Assembly (NCBI GenBank): GCA_951406725.2
Contig: OX597814.1
Coordinates: forward strand, 189,472,001 to 189,536,000
From: Octopus vulgaris
Taxonomy: Eukaryota
Direction: 5' to 3'
Length of the DNA stretch: 64,000 bases
The position numbers and the translations under genes are program-made. Each line of letters opens with the position of its first letter. The stretch's first letter is position 1. A model generated the notes under the pieces. It ran no database searches and had not been told where the DNA came from. It worked only from the letters and a program-made list of their open reading frames with translations. Shown here piece by piece: positions 25,494 through 39,245 of this stretch.

Positions 25494-27166
25494 TATTTCT
25501 CAACAGCATTAAAATTTTATCATTATAATTGACAATAGAAAGGCGGCGAGCTGGTAAAATCGTTACCCCGTCGGGAAAAATGCTTAGCGGCATTTCGCCC
25601 GTCCTTACGTTCTGAGTTCAAATTCCGCCGAGGTCGAGTTTTGCCTTTCATCTATTCGAACAAAACAAGTACTAGTTGAACAGTGGGATCGATGTAATCG
25701 ATTCACCCTCTCCTTCGAAATTGTTGGCCTTGAGCCAAAATTTGAAATCATTATCATTATTATTAAGACAGAGAACTGGGAGAATATTTACAATAAGCAC
25801 ATGTAAAAAGTCAGATTCAAAACACTCGATTATGATCTTTCAATGATATGTCAATATTTATCTTCGCCCGGTGAAAAAAGCTTAAGAACGGATCTGCTTC
25901 AAACAAAAACTGTAAGGACAACTTAAAGATCGTTCAAGTATATAAGCGTTTCACCTGTCTACTTCGACAGAATATACATACATGCACAAAACCTAACAGC
26001 GGATAGTGGAGATCAAATAAGTCTTCGCCTGCAAAAGGGATTCCATCTATCTTGTCACGCTTGACACATCTATTCTGAGGTGGTCTCAGCTGTCTTTCTT
26101 CTGCAATAAATAATGCACTAGATTTGCTTGGGAAATTCCAGAAGCCATTTTCCATGAGGAGTGAATCAGCATGCTACCTTTTGACAAAGGCTTCGTGTGT
26201 CAAATCTTGGTATTTAGTTTTCTTCAGTTGGTGAAAGATGGTAACATTTACCTTCGACAGTAGATTATGATGGTTTGAGTTACTAAAATATTAACTCCTA
26301 TATTGAATAACAAGTCAATATACAAACAGCTCTAGCTATGTGTTCGGCTCTATGTAATTTATTTATTATTACAGTCGGAACGTAAAGCCCACGTTAAAAG
26401 GTGCTCAGCTGTGTTAATGGTGTTATTTAGTTATTTATAGATGTTATGTTGTTATACACATGTCGTTGTGATACACTACAACATTTGTGATGTTCAATGA
26501 AAACGCTTGTTAATTGAGTGTGAAATGTGAATTGGGAAAATGGTGAATTATAAATGGAATTTTATATACAGTACACACATATATATGCACACTCATATAT
26601 AGACATACATGCATGCATACTTACATTTGCATCTGTGTAAGGATGGGACGTACTTGCGTGTGTACATGCCTGTGTGTGTGTAAATACTAGCAGTAAGTCT
26701 GCCACTGTAGCTTTGGTTCATAAATTAAGTTTAACAAATTACCGCTATGAATAAATAAATAATCTACTTTCCCCTCTACTATGAATCTGATTGACACCAT
26801 GATTAAAGGAGATATATGTAATATCTGACGATGTATTTCAATCGAAACTGCGCTCGGAAAGCGTTGAAAATCGTGGTTGACTGAACAAAAAGAGTTAAAA
26901 GCAATGAGAATTCGCATATATAACACTAATTGTGAACCGATGTTACTTTGGTTGTTGTTGTTGTTGTGTTGTTAGTAACCTGTCAAACGTCTATTTTTGT
27001 CATGCAGTGTCGCAGTCTCAGAAAGTCACATTTTACTTACTGTAAAGTTGTTTTTATAAATGTTTAGCTCTATAGCAGCAGTGCTCAATATCAGCAATAC
27101 TTGTTCAGAGGCATGATCAGAGATGTATTCTTGATCATGAGGTCTTTTGAATACATCAAAGAAAAC

Positions 27167-27212
<46 letters not shown>

Positions 27213-27224
27213 CATTATTATTAT

Positions 27225-27760
27225 TGAGTGAGAGAGCAGTGCATGCCATCAAAGTGACACTGGGGTAAAATATACGAAGCCCAGTATACCCATCATGACT
27301 ACCCGTCTGATAAGAGTACACTAAGCACATGCATCACAACCATATGTGCGCGACATGGTGATCTCATATCAAGATAAACAGCACATGACCTTGCAGTTGG
27401 AGCCCAGTTAGAATTTTCTTCTGGTCGAGTAGCCCATCCCGCTCAAAAAGTCCCTGAATAAGGATTGTTTAACGATGTTGAACGAATCACCCATGTTTCC
27501 AAAGGTGAATTATCCAAACCTCTAAGAATTCCTTTCAACACAGGGCTATGATGCTCCCCCACTACTTCTGCTCGTGATCAGAGATGCACATATCGTCAGC
27601 AACTAAGGGACATGCTCAACTGGTTATGGTCAAACAACTGACAAGCAAATATGTGGTATTGAGCAGAATATTTACTGTAACCTATCTTTTATACCAAGAC
27701 AAAACAATGCACATGATAACACTTCCAATCAGTTAAGATCAGAAGCCATGAGAGCCACTC
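27225..27760 (-). mobile_element. probable 3'UTR of a TAA-tailed non-LTR retrotransposon (Dong/R4-like)
   Basis: Non-coding GC-balanced block ending in a (TAA)n tail on the minus strand and bounded by TAA arrays on both sides. Clade assignment is inference. Confidence 0.4.
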
Positions 27761-28285
27761 TTATAATAATAATAATAATAATAATAATTATTATTATTTT
27801 TATTATTATCGCGGCGAGCTAGAAAAATTGCTTAGTGGTATTTCGTCCGTCGCTATGTTCTGAGTTCAAATTCCGCCGAGGTCGACTTTGCCATTCATCC
27901 TTTCGGAGTTGATTAAATAAGTACAATTTATGCATTGAGTACGATGTAATCGACTTATCCCACTTCTCGCAAATTTCAGGCCTTGTGCCTATAATAGAAA
28001 AGACCATTATTATAATCATGGCGGCGAGTTGGACGAAATGCTTAACGGTATTTCGTTCGTCGCTGCGTTCTGAGTTCAAATTCCGCCGAGGTCGACTTTG
28101 CGTTTCATCCTTCTGGGGTTGAAAAATTTAGTACCAGTTGAACACTGGGGTCGATGTAATCGACTCATCCCCACCTCACCCAAGCTGCCTTGGTGGCAAA
28201 AATTTGAAATAACAATTATTATTATTATTAAAGGAGCGAAAATATTCTTCTTCTTCTTCTTCTTCTTCTTATTATTATTATTATT

Positions 28286-28445
28286 GCCTTTGCACAACTT
28301 CTAACGCTGGAGATCTACTACAGTGTCAGCTGTTCATTACCAGTGAACTAAGGTAACACTTCTCACTTTTCGAGTACCTTCCGGAGTATTTGAGCGGCTC
28401 CAAGCAGTACTGTTTTCTGCAAGTGCTCCACCCTTATTTCAGCAT
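28286..28445 (-). mobile_element. 3' end of Dong/R4-like (RLE) LINE
   Basis: Translates AEIRVEHLQKTVLLGAAQILRKVLEK* (stop at 28365-28363), matching the LQK.VLLGTA.ILRKVL C-terminus of R4/Dong elements. Followed by a short UTR and (TAA)n. Confidence 0.75.
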
Positions 28446-28454
28446 TGAGACTCT

Positions 28455-29090
28455 GTCATAGTCTCTGATGAGTCCAATTTTGCTGTATTTTCTGAGAGTG
28501 GTCAAGTGTAGGTCTGGTGCAGTCAACAATGAAACACGGCGGCTATTCTTGTGATGGTCCGGGGAACAATTTAGAACAATGGTCGATCAGAGCTGGTGGA
28601 ATGGGAGGGAAGCATAAACTCAGATAAATATGTGTCCGTATTGCAGAAAGGACTCCTTCCAATCTTCACCAGTGGTGAAATAATTAAAGCTGACTCTTTA
28701 TTTATGGAACATGGGACTCTTTGTCAACCGGCTAAAAGGGCCCGAGGTTATTTGGAAGAGAATGGCATTAAAAAGCTTCCTTGGCCAAGCCAGTCACCTT
28801 ATTGGATACCTCTGGGTCATAATGAACAGAACACTTCATAAAAAGAAAAAAAAACCATGCTTTTGAAATTACTGCAAGAAACTTGGCAAGAAATTCCTCA
28901 AGAGACTATTCATCATCTGATCAGTATCATAACTAATAAGATCCTTGCATTGAAAAATGTAATGGGCATGTCTACTAAATATTAGATATTCACATTATAA
29001 TAATTAATAAATAATCTGAATGTATGATTTCAGATTTAAATTAAATTTAATGAATATAAGGGTGTCTGTTTACTTCTATCATGTCCGTAT
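28455..29090 (+). pseudogene. degenerate Tc1-family transposase (DDE region) and right end
   Basis: SDESNF (first D), TMKHGG, GSINSDKYVSVLQKGLLP and LPWPSQSP motifs with frameshifts. Terminal GGGTGTC..TACTT..TA. Confidence 0.75.
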
Positions 29091-29253
29091 ATATCAGACC
29101 TACCGTACACACACACACACACACACATACACACACACATATATATATATATAAACTGAAGGACGTCTGCAATAAGTGTATGAATCTGAGAGGGGAACGT
29201 GTTCAATAAAATCGCAATTAACCGATCCTCCTATATTCTCCTTTACCAACACT

Positions 29254-29296
<43 letters not shown>

Positions 29297-29323
29297 ATGC
29301 ATGTATGTATATGTTTATATACT

Positions 29324-29373
<50 letters not shown>

Positions 29374-31106
29374 GGTTTACATAATGGGTGACACGAAACG
29401 AATAATAGAACATTTACACTCAAAACTAGCTGGAACTGAACTAAATGTAATAATGCTAGATCGTCTATTCTAGCTTTCTACGCTTAGTAACATTCTGTTT
29501 TGTTTTTGCAAACCAGAAGCTGATATTGCGCTCATTGATTACATAATTAACATCAACTCAAAGATGCATTAAGAAATTATTCCACAGGTTTCATTATAAT
29601 GCTACGAGAGACAAGACACAACCGTATAATATTACAAAGACTGAATATTTTTATTATGAAATTTTTGTACGATATCATTTCGCTATCATGATGTATAAAA
29701 ACAGACGCATCTTTTTCGTGAAGATACATTTTCATATATCAAAAAAATTTATATTATAATCAGGAAACTCGTTTAAAGTTGCAGTGTATGACAATTTTTC
29801 TTGTCATCGATATTTTCTCGATCGATGATAGATAAATACAAGTGTGTTAATGTGATGGCGACAATAAGGTTCCATTACTAATACCAAATTTCGGCTGTAG
29901 GGACAGAGATATTTCAGAATAAAGAATCGATAAAATATGCTGAAATGTTTGAGGATTTGTGTAAGGTGAGAAGCAAGCAGCTCCGATTTAGTAAGATAAA
30001 AATAAAGCAAATTGCCCACGAAATAACTGCATTTCATTCACCCAATTTGAAACCCATGAGATTTATTCAGACTTTCAGGCATTTTATCTCGTGAAAGTAC
30101 GAACACCACAGGTCCTTTTATAGCAGTGTTTCCCAACCTATTTTCTCCGAGGCCCTACTTTGAATTTCCAGAGAAAATTATGCCTCTCCGTTGGTTGGAA
30201 AAAATCTTTATTTTTAATATTAAATATTATCTGATACAAAAGAATATACCGGTAACTGTAGTGTCCCTTTATGCTCTATGATGTAGCAGTTTGACAAAAG
30301 GATCGATAACAAAAAGTACCAGCCTAACTAAAATCAATACTTGAAGGTGGTGCTCAGAAACCAGTAAGAGGTACAGAGAGAGAGAGAGAGAGAGAGCGAG
30401 AAAAAGCGGCAGGTCGAGAGTGTTGTGGATGTATAAGTACGTACGTGTATATGCACGTATGCATGCGTATATCTATGTGCAAATGTATGTAAATACGTAT
30501 GTACACATACCTTAATAATATGTGTCAAATTTACAAAAGGACTCTTGGTATTCATGCTAAAAGTTTGATAAATAGTTGTTGAACATATTTTGACATATCT
30601 CGTGAAAAGTGTGTTTTTTTTTATATATCAAAATGAACTTTCTTTTGTTGAGATGTCAATACTGAAGGAGGTTTATGTCTGTCATCAACATTATCATGTA
30701 AAGTGGCTCATTAACTCTCCTGTTTCTTGTTTGTATTTTTTACTTTATCTTTCAAAAGATTTCTTGTTTTGTTTTGTTATTCTTTTCATTAATTTTGTTT
30801 GTTAGTACTTTTTTTTTAAAATTTGATTTATATATCTAATCAAATATTCCAATATTAGTATTTTGGATTCACTTTTTGAACTCTTACACCTTATAGTTCG
30901 CAAAGGAGAAATATTGTAGATAAACGAGCTCCGCTATGCATTTTATGTCTGTGTAAAACACGCAAACCGTTTTCCCGATAAAGCCACTACAAAAAACAAA
31001 ACCACTAGAATTTCTATAAAAAAAAAAAAAAAAATAAGAATAGGAATCTCTCTCTCTCTAAGAATTTACCGAGCCACAATTTTCAGGTATTATTATTCAT
31101 TCTTAA

Positions 31107-31695
31107 AAGGCGGCGAGCTGGCAGAAACATTAACACGCCGAGCGAAATGCGTAGCCGTATTCCGTCTGCCGTTACGTTCTGAGTTCAAATTCCGCCGAGG
31201 TCAACTTTACCTTTCATCATTTCTGGGTCGATAAATTAAGTACCAGTTACGCACTGGGGTCGATGTAATCGACTTAATCCGTTTGTCTGTCCTTGTTTGT
31301 CCCATCTGTGTTTAGCCCCTTGTGGGTAGTAAAGAAATAGGTATTTCGTCTACCGCTACGTTCTGAGTTCAAATTCCGCCGAGGTCGACTTTGCCTTTCA
31401 TCCTTTCGAGGTCGATTAAATAAGTACCAGTTACGCACTGGGGTCGATATAATCGACTTAATCCCTTTGTCTGTCCTTGTTTGTCCCCTCTGTGTTTAGT
31501 TTAGCCCCTTGTGGGTAGTAAAGAAATAGGTATTTCGTCCGTCTTCACGTTTTGAGTTCAAATTCCACCGAGGTCGACTTTGCCTTTCATCCTTTCGAGG
31601 TCGATAAAATAAGTACCAGTCGAGCACTGGGATCGATGTAATCGGCTTGCCCCCTCCCACGAAAATACTGGCCCTTGTGCCAAAATTTGAAACCT
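31107..31695 (+). mobile_element. SINE B tandem trimer (two young-tail units followed by one old-tail unit)
   Basis: Junctions AAAGAAATAG|GTATTTCGTC at ~31340 and ~31529. The last unit ends GGCCCTTGTGCCAAAATTTGAAACC. Confidence 0.9.
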
Positions 31696-34252
31696 ATATT
31701 ATTCCATCTTGTCTGAAATCTTTCTACTTTTTCACCCATTCATGGATATTTGAAATTCGAGATTCATAAATCCGTTGCAGCTTTCACTTAAATTGAATTC
31801 TATATTTTCGGACAAGACGGCGAATTAACCCTTCTTATATTGGAATAGTTTATATTATATCAGCCAGTGGTTTGTTGTTGTTATTATTTTAAGTAATCGG
31901 CAATACTTAAGCAACTGATGCTACGTAAGAGCCTGTGTTAAAGTGAATTTAAAGTATACATAAGCCGAATGATGTGCCTGGATAATACGCCGTATCAAAA
32001 TATTATCTTCGTGAGAAAAATCAATAAACTCGTCTAATTATCCATTGAGCAACGTGTGCTGTAGAGTGCCATAGCAGTGCACGAGTTCTAAACCCCGTAA
32101 AGTTGACTTATATCGTGATATGTGCAGCAACATTTATCCTCCGTCTAACTTGTGTAAATCACAGAATTATATCCACATCAAGCATCTGTTTGTATTATGT
32201 GAATGTCATGTAGTAGTGAGCCCAAGAAGCTAAAGTAAATATAAAGCTAGAAATAGAAAGAGAGAGAGAGAATAAGAAGTGAAGGAGAGGGAAAAATGAA
32301 GGGAGAGAGAGTAAGAGCGAGAGGGGGGAAAAGTAATGCGTAGATAAGATTATTATACTTATGCACAGATATTAGCGAATAGGTCCCTTTATTGAGTGAT
32401 ATAGGCAATATTTGAATTCAATTAAGATAAATTTGAATAAAGTTTCCATGAAATAAATTGTGAAGAGGTATATAATTAGTTATATTGGCAATTTCAAATA
32501 CACTAGGCAGTTATACGCACAGTTTAATGTTATTTTTCAGTATAATATGTTATTATTTATGAAATTCGTTCGTCTTAGATTCACTGTGCAGCGATGTAGA
32601 GATTTAATGAACAGTTTGTAAATGAAAGATGAAAGATTTAGATACATATTAACAACGTATACTGTTGAAAAATAGTAAATCAAAACGAATTATGATACTG
32701 TATGTGCATATTTTAAATGGCCAATATTACTCTTCTCTGAAGCAACTGTTTTAGTATCCAGTTAAATCGTCTAACAGACGAATACAACAAACGATTCTAT
32801 GAAATAAAATCCAGCAAAATATATAGTGAAATCACTGAAAGTATGAGTAATGTCCCATTATCAGCGACATAACATTTTATTTTAACATAGCTATAGTTTT
32901 ATTATTCTAGACATATGAAATAGTAATTCAAATTAGAAATCATTAATACGGTTCTGAACGCATTCTCAGCCTTTATAACACGAGGGATAATTACCGTAGA
33001 ATTGTCACAACATAAACGTACGTTGGAATCGAAAGATTTATTTTTATCCAAGTTGAATTTCTTAGGTTTGAACTTACAAATCATTGTTTGTCGTTAGATA
33101 TATTCCGACATCGGATAGGTATAACATATTGTTTAAACGTACCAATATTTACCGTCTGAATATTTTCTGTAGCATTCCTTTTGATAATATAATATATATA
33201 TATAGCAGAAATGTAAGAAAATTTCATTTATTAAACTGAACCGCAGTTCTATAAAGACATATCTATAAAGAATATGTGTATGATTGTTTGAAAGGTTTCT
33301 CGTTCTTTAGAAATACTCAGAAATGCTCATCTAAATTAGTCGTCAGTTTAAAAATCCCAATAATTCAATCATTCTCTTTTTCATTTGTTCCTGTCATTAA
33401 ACTGCAGCCATATTGGAACACCGCCCCTGAGAACTTAATTGTCGAACAAATCGTCCGCAGTACTTTTTTTCCCCGCCATGATATGGGGACATCAACAAAC
33501 ATAAAGCCACACACACACACACACACACACATATGCTATTATATGATCGAACGCCATGCCTCCATTTCCATGCAACTATTATCTTAATAATTCCGATGCG
33601 CACTCTACAACCTGTCTCTATTCTATCTCCCTCTCTTGTTCTTCTTCCTTTCTGTTTTTCTCTCCCACCCTTTCCTTAATTCTTCTCCTCTCCCCTTCAT
33701 CCTTCCCTCTCTCTCTTTCACTCTTCCTCCTTGGCTCTCTCGTTGCTCGCACGTGACCAACAGCTATCTATCTTTCTTCCACTTCCTTCCTAAAGACAAG
33801 ACGTGCTTTTGCCTGTCTCTTCTCAAAGCTCGTTTTTCCAGCGTTCACCACTTCACCTCTTTATGGCTTAACAGCCCTCACCGTTTGCTTTTACTGTCCT
33901 ATTTTTGTTAACACTTTAACCCTCCGCAAAAAGTCCAAAATTTTATTGAATTTGCTTTGCGGGAAGGATTGTTTTAATGCAGTTGCGTCTTGTCCCCACC
34001 TACGAAACGCGGAGTAGATAAAACAAACGACAACTGATGAAGGGAATGTTCTTTATGTTGCCTGTCTCTTTTGTCTATTTGTTTCTTTCGTTGTTCAAAA
34101 AAATGTTCGTTTTCCATGCTTTTTTAATGTTCTCATTTCTCATTTTGTTCACAATTTTTTGACGTCCTGTACCCATATATGCATGTATATATACATATAT
34201 ATGTAGGCATGTACATGTATGTGTGTATATATGCATATATACATATCTTATT

Positions 34253-34297
<45 letters not shown>

Positions 34298-34299
34298 TT

Positions 34300-34563
34300 T
34301 AATTAATCAATATAGGGTAGCAAAAAATTCAATAGAAATTTATCGCCACCAGCGGTCTAGTGAGAAAGAGAAAATAGTCAAAGACTATATATATAAATTC
34401 AACAACAATTGAGGAATGGCCTTAATAGGCCATTCGACCCACTAGAAAGAGCAGCCATTTTCCTTTAATTTCTGAATTACTACTACTTGGCGGTTTGAGT
34501 CCTGGCTGCTCTTTCTCGTGGGTCGAATGGCCTATTAAGGCCATTCCTCAATTGTTGTTGAAT
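34300..34563. mobile_element. Penelope-like remnant with ~60-bp inverted repeat
   Basis: 34397-34457 is the reverse complement of 34503-34563, with a ~45-bp spacer. Same architecture as 1729-2046. Confidence 0.5.
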
Positions 34564-34581
34564 ATATATACATATATATAT

Positions 34582-34644
34582 ATTGTAAGCTCGACGCTCT
34601 ACCCACTGAGTCATGCGCCTTCACGTTCTAAGTAAGTACGTTGG

Positions 34645-34712
<68 letters not shown>

Positions 34713-34733
34713 CCTACCTACCTACCTACCTAC

Positions 34734-34789
<56 letters not shown>

Positions 34790-35012
34790 ATGGGCGCAGG
34801 TGTAGGTGTGTGATAAGAAAATTGCTTCCCAACCATATGGGTTCCACGTTCAGTCCCACTTCGTGACACATCAGCCCGAGGATCTTTAATCCATTAAAAG
34901 ATCTTTAATCCATTAAAGATCCTCGGGCTGATGTGTCACGAAGTGGGACTGAACGTGGAACCCATATGGTTGGGAAGCAATTTTCTTATCACACACCTAC
35001 ACCTGCGCCCAT

Positions 35013-35083
<71 letters not shown>

Positions 35084-35168
35084 CATCGATAGATAGATAG
35101 ATATACCAACATACTTATTTAGAACGTGAAGGCGCATGACTCAGTGGGTAGAGCGTCGAGCTTACAAT
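34582..35168. repeat. large fold-back inverted duplication (palindrome)
   Basis: Arms contain a SINE D head, GATA run and SINE A head in mirror order. The inner ~100 bp are perfectly complementary. Centre at 34881-34921. Confidence 0.95.
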
Positions 35169-35463
35169 CGTGAGGTCGTGAGTTCGAATCCCGGACCGTG
35201 CTGCGTGTTGTGTTCTTGAGCAAGACACTTTATTTCACGTTGCACCAGTTCAATCAGTTGGAGAAATGAGTTGCAACGTCGCAGGTGCCAAACTATATCG
35301 GCCTTTGCCTTTCCCATAGATAATACTGGTAGCGTGGGGAGAGGGCAGGCCAGTATGCATGGGCGACGGTTGGTCTTACATAAACAACCTTGCCTGGAAT
35401 TGTGCCTTGGAGGGTAACTTTCTAGGTGCGATCCCATGGTCAGACATGACCGAAGAGGGTATC
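35129..35463 (+). mobile_element. tRNA-derived SINE family D
   Basis: Head GGCGCATGACTCAGTGGGTAGAGCG..GAGTTCGAATCCC. Body TTCTTGAGCAAGACACTTTATTTCACGTTGC shared with 50815-51061. Confidence 0.8.
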
Positions 35464-36414
35464 AGCATATATTTAGGACACTCAAATGTTGAAATGGTAA
35501 TGCTCATTTATAGAAAATTTGGGGTGTAAAATGGCTGCACTGTGTATGCTACCAGCACTGAAATGGATACTTGCCTGCAACAGTTGGTAGAGAAATTGAC
35601 AGGAAAATTAAACCATTAAGATTATCAAGATTGCTTTATTCCATTTTTATCGTGTAAATCCAGAACATATAACTTAAAAGATCACTTTGCGAAGGTTGTA
35701 TCTTAACTTACAGATAAATTTAAATGAGTCATTGAGGATATATAAGAATTTCTGTCTTCGTTTCATAGTAATAACTGCACGATATCTGAGAATGTATCGT
35801 TTCATATGTACTGGGTGCAAATGCGTTGAATGTAGGCCAAAATAGAGCGCCTACACAAGTTCAAAAGCTTAACAATATTGCATTAATAAAATTCTATAGG
35901 ATAATTTTGAAGTAATAAAACGAGTGATTTTACCAACTGTTAAAGAAAGCTGTGCCTATTTAAACGGTCTTTGTATAAGATTTGAGACAGATGTAAGTCA
36001 TTAAATATCCTGAGAGCTGTATACTGCATATACTTGCTGTGTGTAGGTGCTATGTGTTTATGCTGTTTGTAAATGTTGATTTAATGATGCAAGTTTATAT
36101 TATTAAATAGTAACACCCACACTATACTTTGATAAATACATACGTACATACATGCATACATACACAGACACACACATACATATATATATATACACATACA
36201 TACACATACGAATACATGTATGTATATATGGGTGTGTATGTATAATAGATAACGCAAAAAGAGAAGGAGAAGTGAAGAATAAAGATGGGAAGGAAAGTAG
36301 AATTAAAATGAAACATAAATGGAAGTAAAATGAGAGAAAGAGTGTGAGAAGGAGAGAGGGTGAGACAGAAAGAGTGAGAGAACGAGAGAGAAAGCGAATG
36401 TGTGTGTGTGTAAG

Positions 36415-36475
<61 letters not shown>

Positions 36476-37125
36476 CAGACAGAGAAAGATACAGGGAAAC
36501 AGACACACAGACAGTCAGGCAGTCAGGCTGTGAACACAAGAGAAACAGAACATTTTTAGACAAAACAGAATCCCCATGACGGAATGACCACCTGGAGAGG
36601 GAGCATAAAAATATCTTAGAATGAGAACTTGACAACCTAACCTTGCTCGACGGTAACAAAACAGACGTTAGACATTATAAGGAACAGACGTATCGCGACG
36701 TTACTCACTTATAAACAAACCCTTTTCAAAATATTCCACCACCGTGCCACCATTTGATTTTCCGCACTGTAAACATTTTAATCATTCCTTCTTTTTTTTT
36801 CGTCATTCATTCGATGCTTTCTTATTAGCATTTGCTCGTTATTACCAATCCTTCTTCACCTCTGTTATAAACCTATTTCTTTACTACCCACAAGGGGCCA
36901 AACACAGAGGGGACAAACAAGGACAGACATAGGATTACATCGACCTCAGTGCGTAACTGGTACTTAATTAATCGACCCCGAAAGGATCAATGGAAAAGTC
37001 GACCTCGGCGGAATTTGAACTCAGAACGTAACGGCAGAGGAAATACGGCTACGCGAGGTCCATGCGTTGTATTCATCGACCGATAGTCAATGATACTAAA
37101 AATAAATTATATTCAACAGAATGTA

Positions 37126-37527
37126 GGCATAGGAGTGGCTGTGTAGTAAGTAGCTTGCTTACCAATCACATGGTCAGGGGTTCAGTCCCACTGCATGACG
37201 CCTTGTAAGTGTCTTTTACTCTAGCCTCGGGCCGACCAAAGCCTTGTGAGTGGATTTGGTAGACGGAAACTGAAAGAAGCCCGTAGTATATATGTGTGTG
37301 TGTGTATGTATGTATGTTTGTGTGTCTGTATTTGTCCACCCCAACATCGCTTGACAACCGATGCTGGTGTGTTTACGTCCCTGTAACTTAACGGTTCGGC
37401 AAAAGAGACCGATATAATAAGTACTAGGCTTATAAAGAATAAGTCCTGGAGTCGATTTGCTCGACAAAAGGCGGTGCTCCAGTATGACCACAGTCAAATG
37501 ACTGAAACAAGTAAAAGAGTAAAAGAG
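37126..37527 (+). mobile_element. SINE family A
   Basis: Full head, microsatellite and tail structure. Confidence 0.9.
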
Positions 37528-37587
37528 AAATTTCTAACGGCATTCGGTTTGTTCCGTCACCAGTTAGAAGAATCACTAGAGATCCAG

Positions 37588-38183
37588 AAGGTGACGAACT
37601 GGCAGAAACGCCGGGCGACATGCTTAGCGGTATTTCGTCTGCCGTTACGTTCTGAGTTCAAATTCCGCCAAGGTCGACTTTGCCTTTCATCCTTTCGGGG
37701 TCGATAAATTAAGTACCAGTTACGCACTGGGGTCGATGTAATCGACTTAATCCGTTTGTCTGTCCTTGTTTATCCTCTCTGTGTTTAGCCCCTTGTGGGT
37801 AGTAAAGAAATAAGTATTTCGTCTGCCGTTACGTTCTGAGTTCAAATTCCGCCGATGTCAACTTTGCCTTTCATCCTTTCGGGGTCGATAAATTAAGTAC
37901 CAGTTACGCACTGGGGTCGATGTAATCGACTTAATACCTATGTCTGTCCTTGTTTGTCCCTTCTATGTTTAGCCCCTTGTGGGTAATAAAAAAAATAGGT
38001 ATTTCGTCTGCCGTTACGTTCTAAGTTCAAATTCCGCCGAGGTCAACTTTGCCTTTCATCCTTTCGGGGTCGATAAATTAAGTACCAGTTACGCACTGGG
38101 GTCGATGTAATCGACTTAATCCGTTTGTCTGTCCTTGTTTGTCCCCTCTATGTTTAGCCCCTTTGTGGGCAATAAAGAAATAA
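37588..38183 (+). mobile_element. SINE B tandem trimer
   Basis: Three ~180-bp units. Flanking direct repeat AAGAATCACTAGAG (~37568, ~38182). Confidence 0.9.
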
Positions 38184-38599
38184 GAATCACTAGAGCTCTG
38201 GATAAAACAATTTGCTGCATTTGTTCCGGCTGTTTTGCTTTCTGAGTTCGCATTGCGCCGATGTCCAGGGTCGACAAAATAGCTATCTTAGAGATGTGAG
38301 TTCTCAACCAGAAATCCTAAGTTACGGTGAGATGGCCTTTGATGTAATCTTCATATTTCAAATTGTGTTTTGTTTATGTTTAGGTGGTAAGAGATTCAAT
38401 ACTCTCATAACGTGTAGTGATTGTTTTGTTTTATTTTTAATTTGCCGTTGAAGGAAAAAAATATTGGTGTAACTCCATTGGAAGACGTCTTCGAGGTTTC
38501 CCTTTATTCTTCCAAAGATTTAGTGCAAGATATTTATGACGCTTGGGTACAGAAATTTAAGTAGGGATGAAGGTTAGTAAGATGTGACGGCAAATAGTT

Positions 38600-38910
38600 A
38601 ATTGATCAATAAAAGGGAGTGTTTGAGGGGACGAAATCAAAACCTGGCATACACCAGAAATCTATCATAAAAGGGAACTCCATCTTTATAGATTCGATAT
38701 TTCGGTCCAGAGCCGATAAATTGATGGGGTTTCATAAGGGCAACTGTTTGGGGGGATATTTCTTCGATAATATTTATCAGTTCGTCGAAAATTATTTCGT
38801 TTTTTTTTTTCTTTTATGTTCATTCTTAAACCCACTGACTTGCTCCAGCATCCAGTTGTTCTATCATAATTTGAACTTGGAACGGATATCCTGGCAGGGG
38901 ACTTCGCTTT
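38600..38910 (-). mobile_element. highly decayed RTE-like RT fragment
   Basis: VQIMIEQLD / SKSVGLRMN resembles the RTE LQ.ML..L...S..VGLKMN motif. Multiple frameshifts. Confidence 0.35.
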
Positions 38911-39021
38911 AGGTATAAAACAGGAATTACAAATTTTCCTACGATATCTATTACTAATTTGAAGCGTCTAGAGTAAAATGAACCTCTTATAAATGGGAAA
39001 CGAAACTGGATAACAAACGCT

Positions 39022-39245
39022 TCATATTGTACAGGACTGAACAAACGTCAGAATCTGTATTGGACGGAGACTATGACATTCAAACTTTCCAAAGATGTTA
39101 GTAACACAAATGATGTAGCTTGAATAGACTGATTTAGAAGGTGGCGTAGTTTCAAATTTGAGGTTAATGTCCTCTTCCTCTGCAGCTTGAACTATTTTCT
39201 CGGTGTTATTTTCATTTTGTGTGTGGATGGTCTGTTTATATGTAC
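39022..39245 (-). CDS. candidate terminal coding exon, unidentified
   Basis: CACAG acceptor then a 74-codon frame TYKQTIHTQNENNTEKIVQAAEEEDINLKFETTPPSKSVYSSYIICVTNIFGKFECHSLRPIQILTFVQSCTI*. Weak pyrimidine tract and no partner exon found. Confidence 0.2.

Noticed and set aside
28466-28485. Hammerhead ribozyme at CTGATGAGTCC
   Set aside because: No matching GGAC-GAAA; it is the SDES codon string of the Tc1 transposase.
30123-30190. hAT-like terminus CAGTGTTTCCCAACCT (and Tc1-like end at ~53110-53140)
   Set aside because: Only one end found and no TSD; insufficient to call an element.
37588-38183. Regular ~180-bp repeats as a CRISPR array or retrozyme
   Set aside because: No unique spacers or cas genes, and no CTGANGA..GAAA hammerhead core on either strand. 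Units are SINE B bodies.
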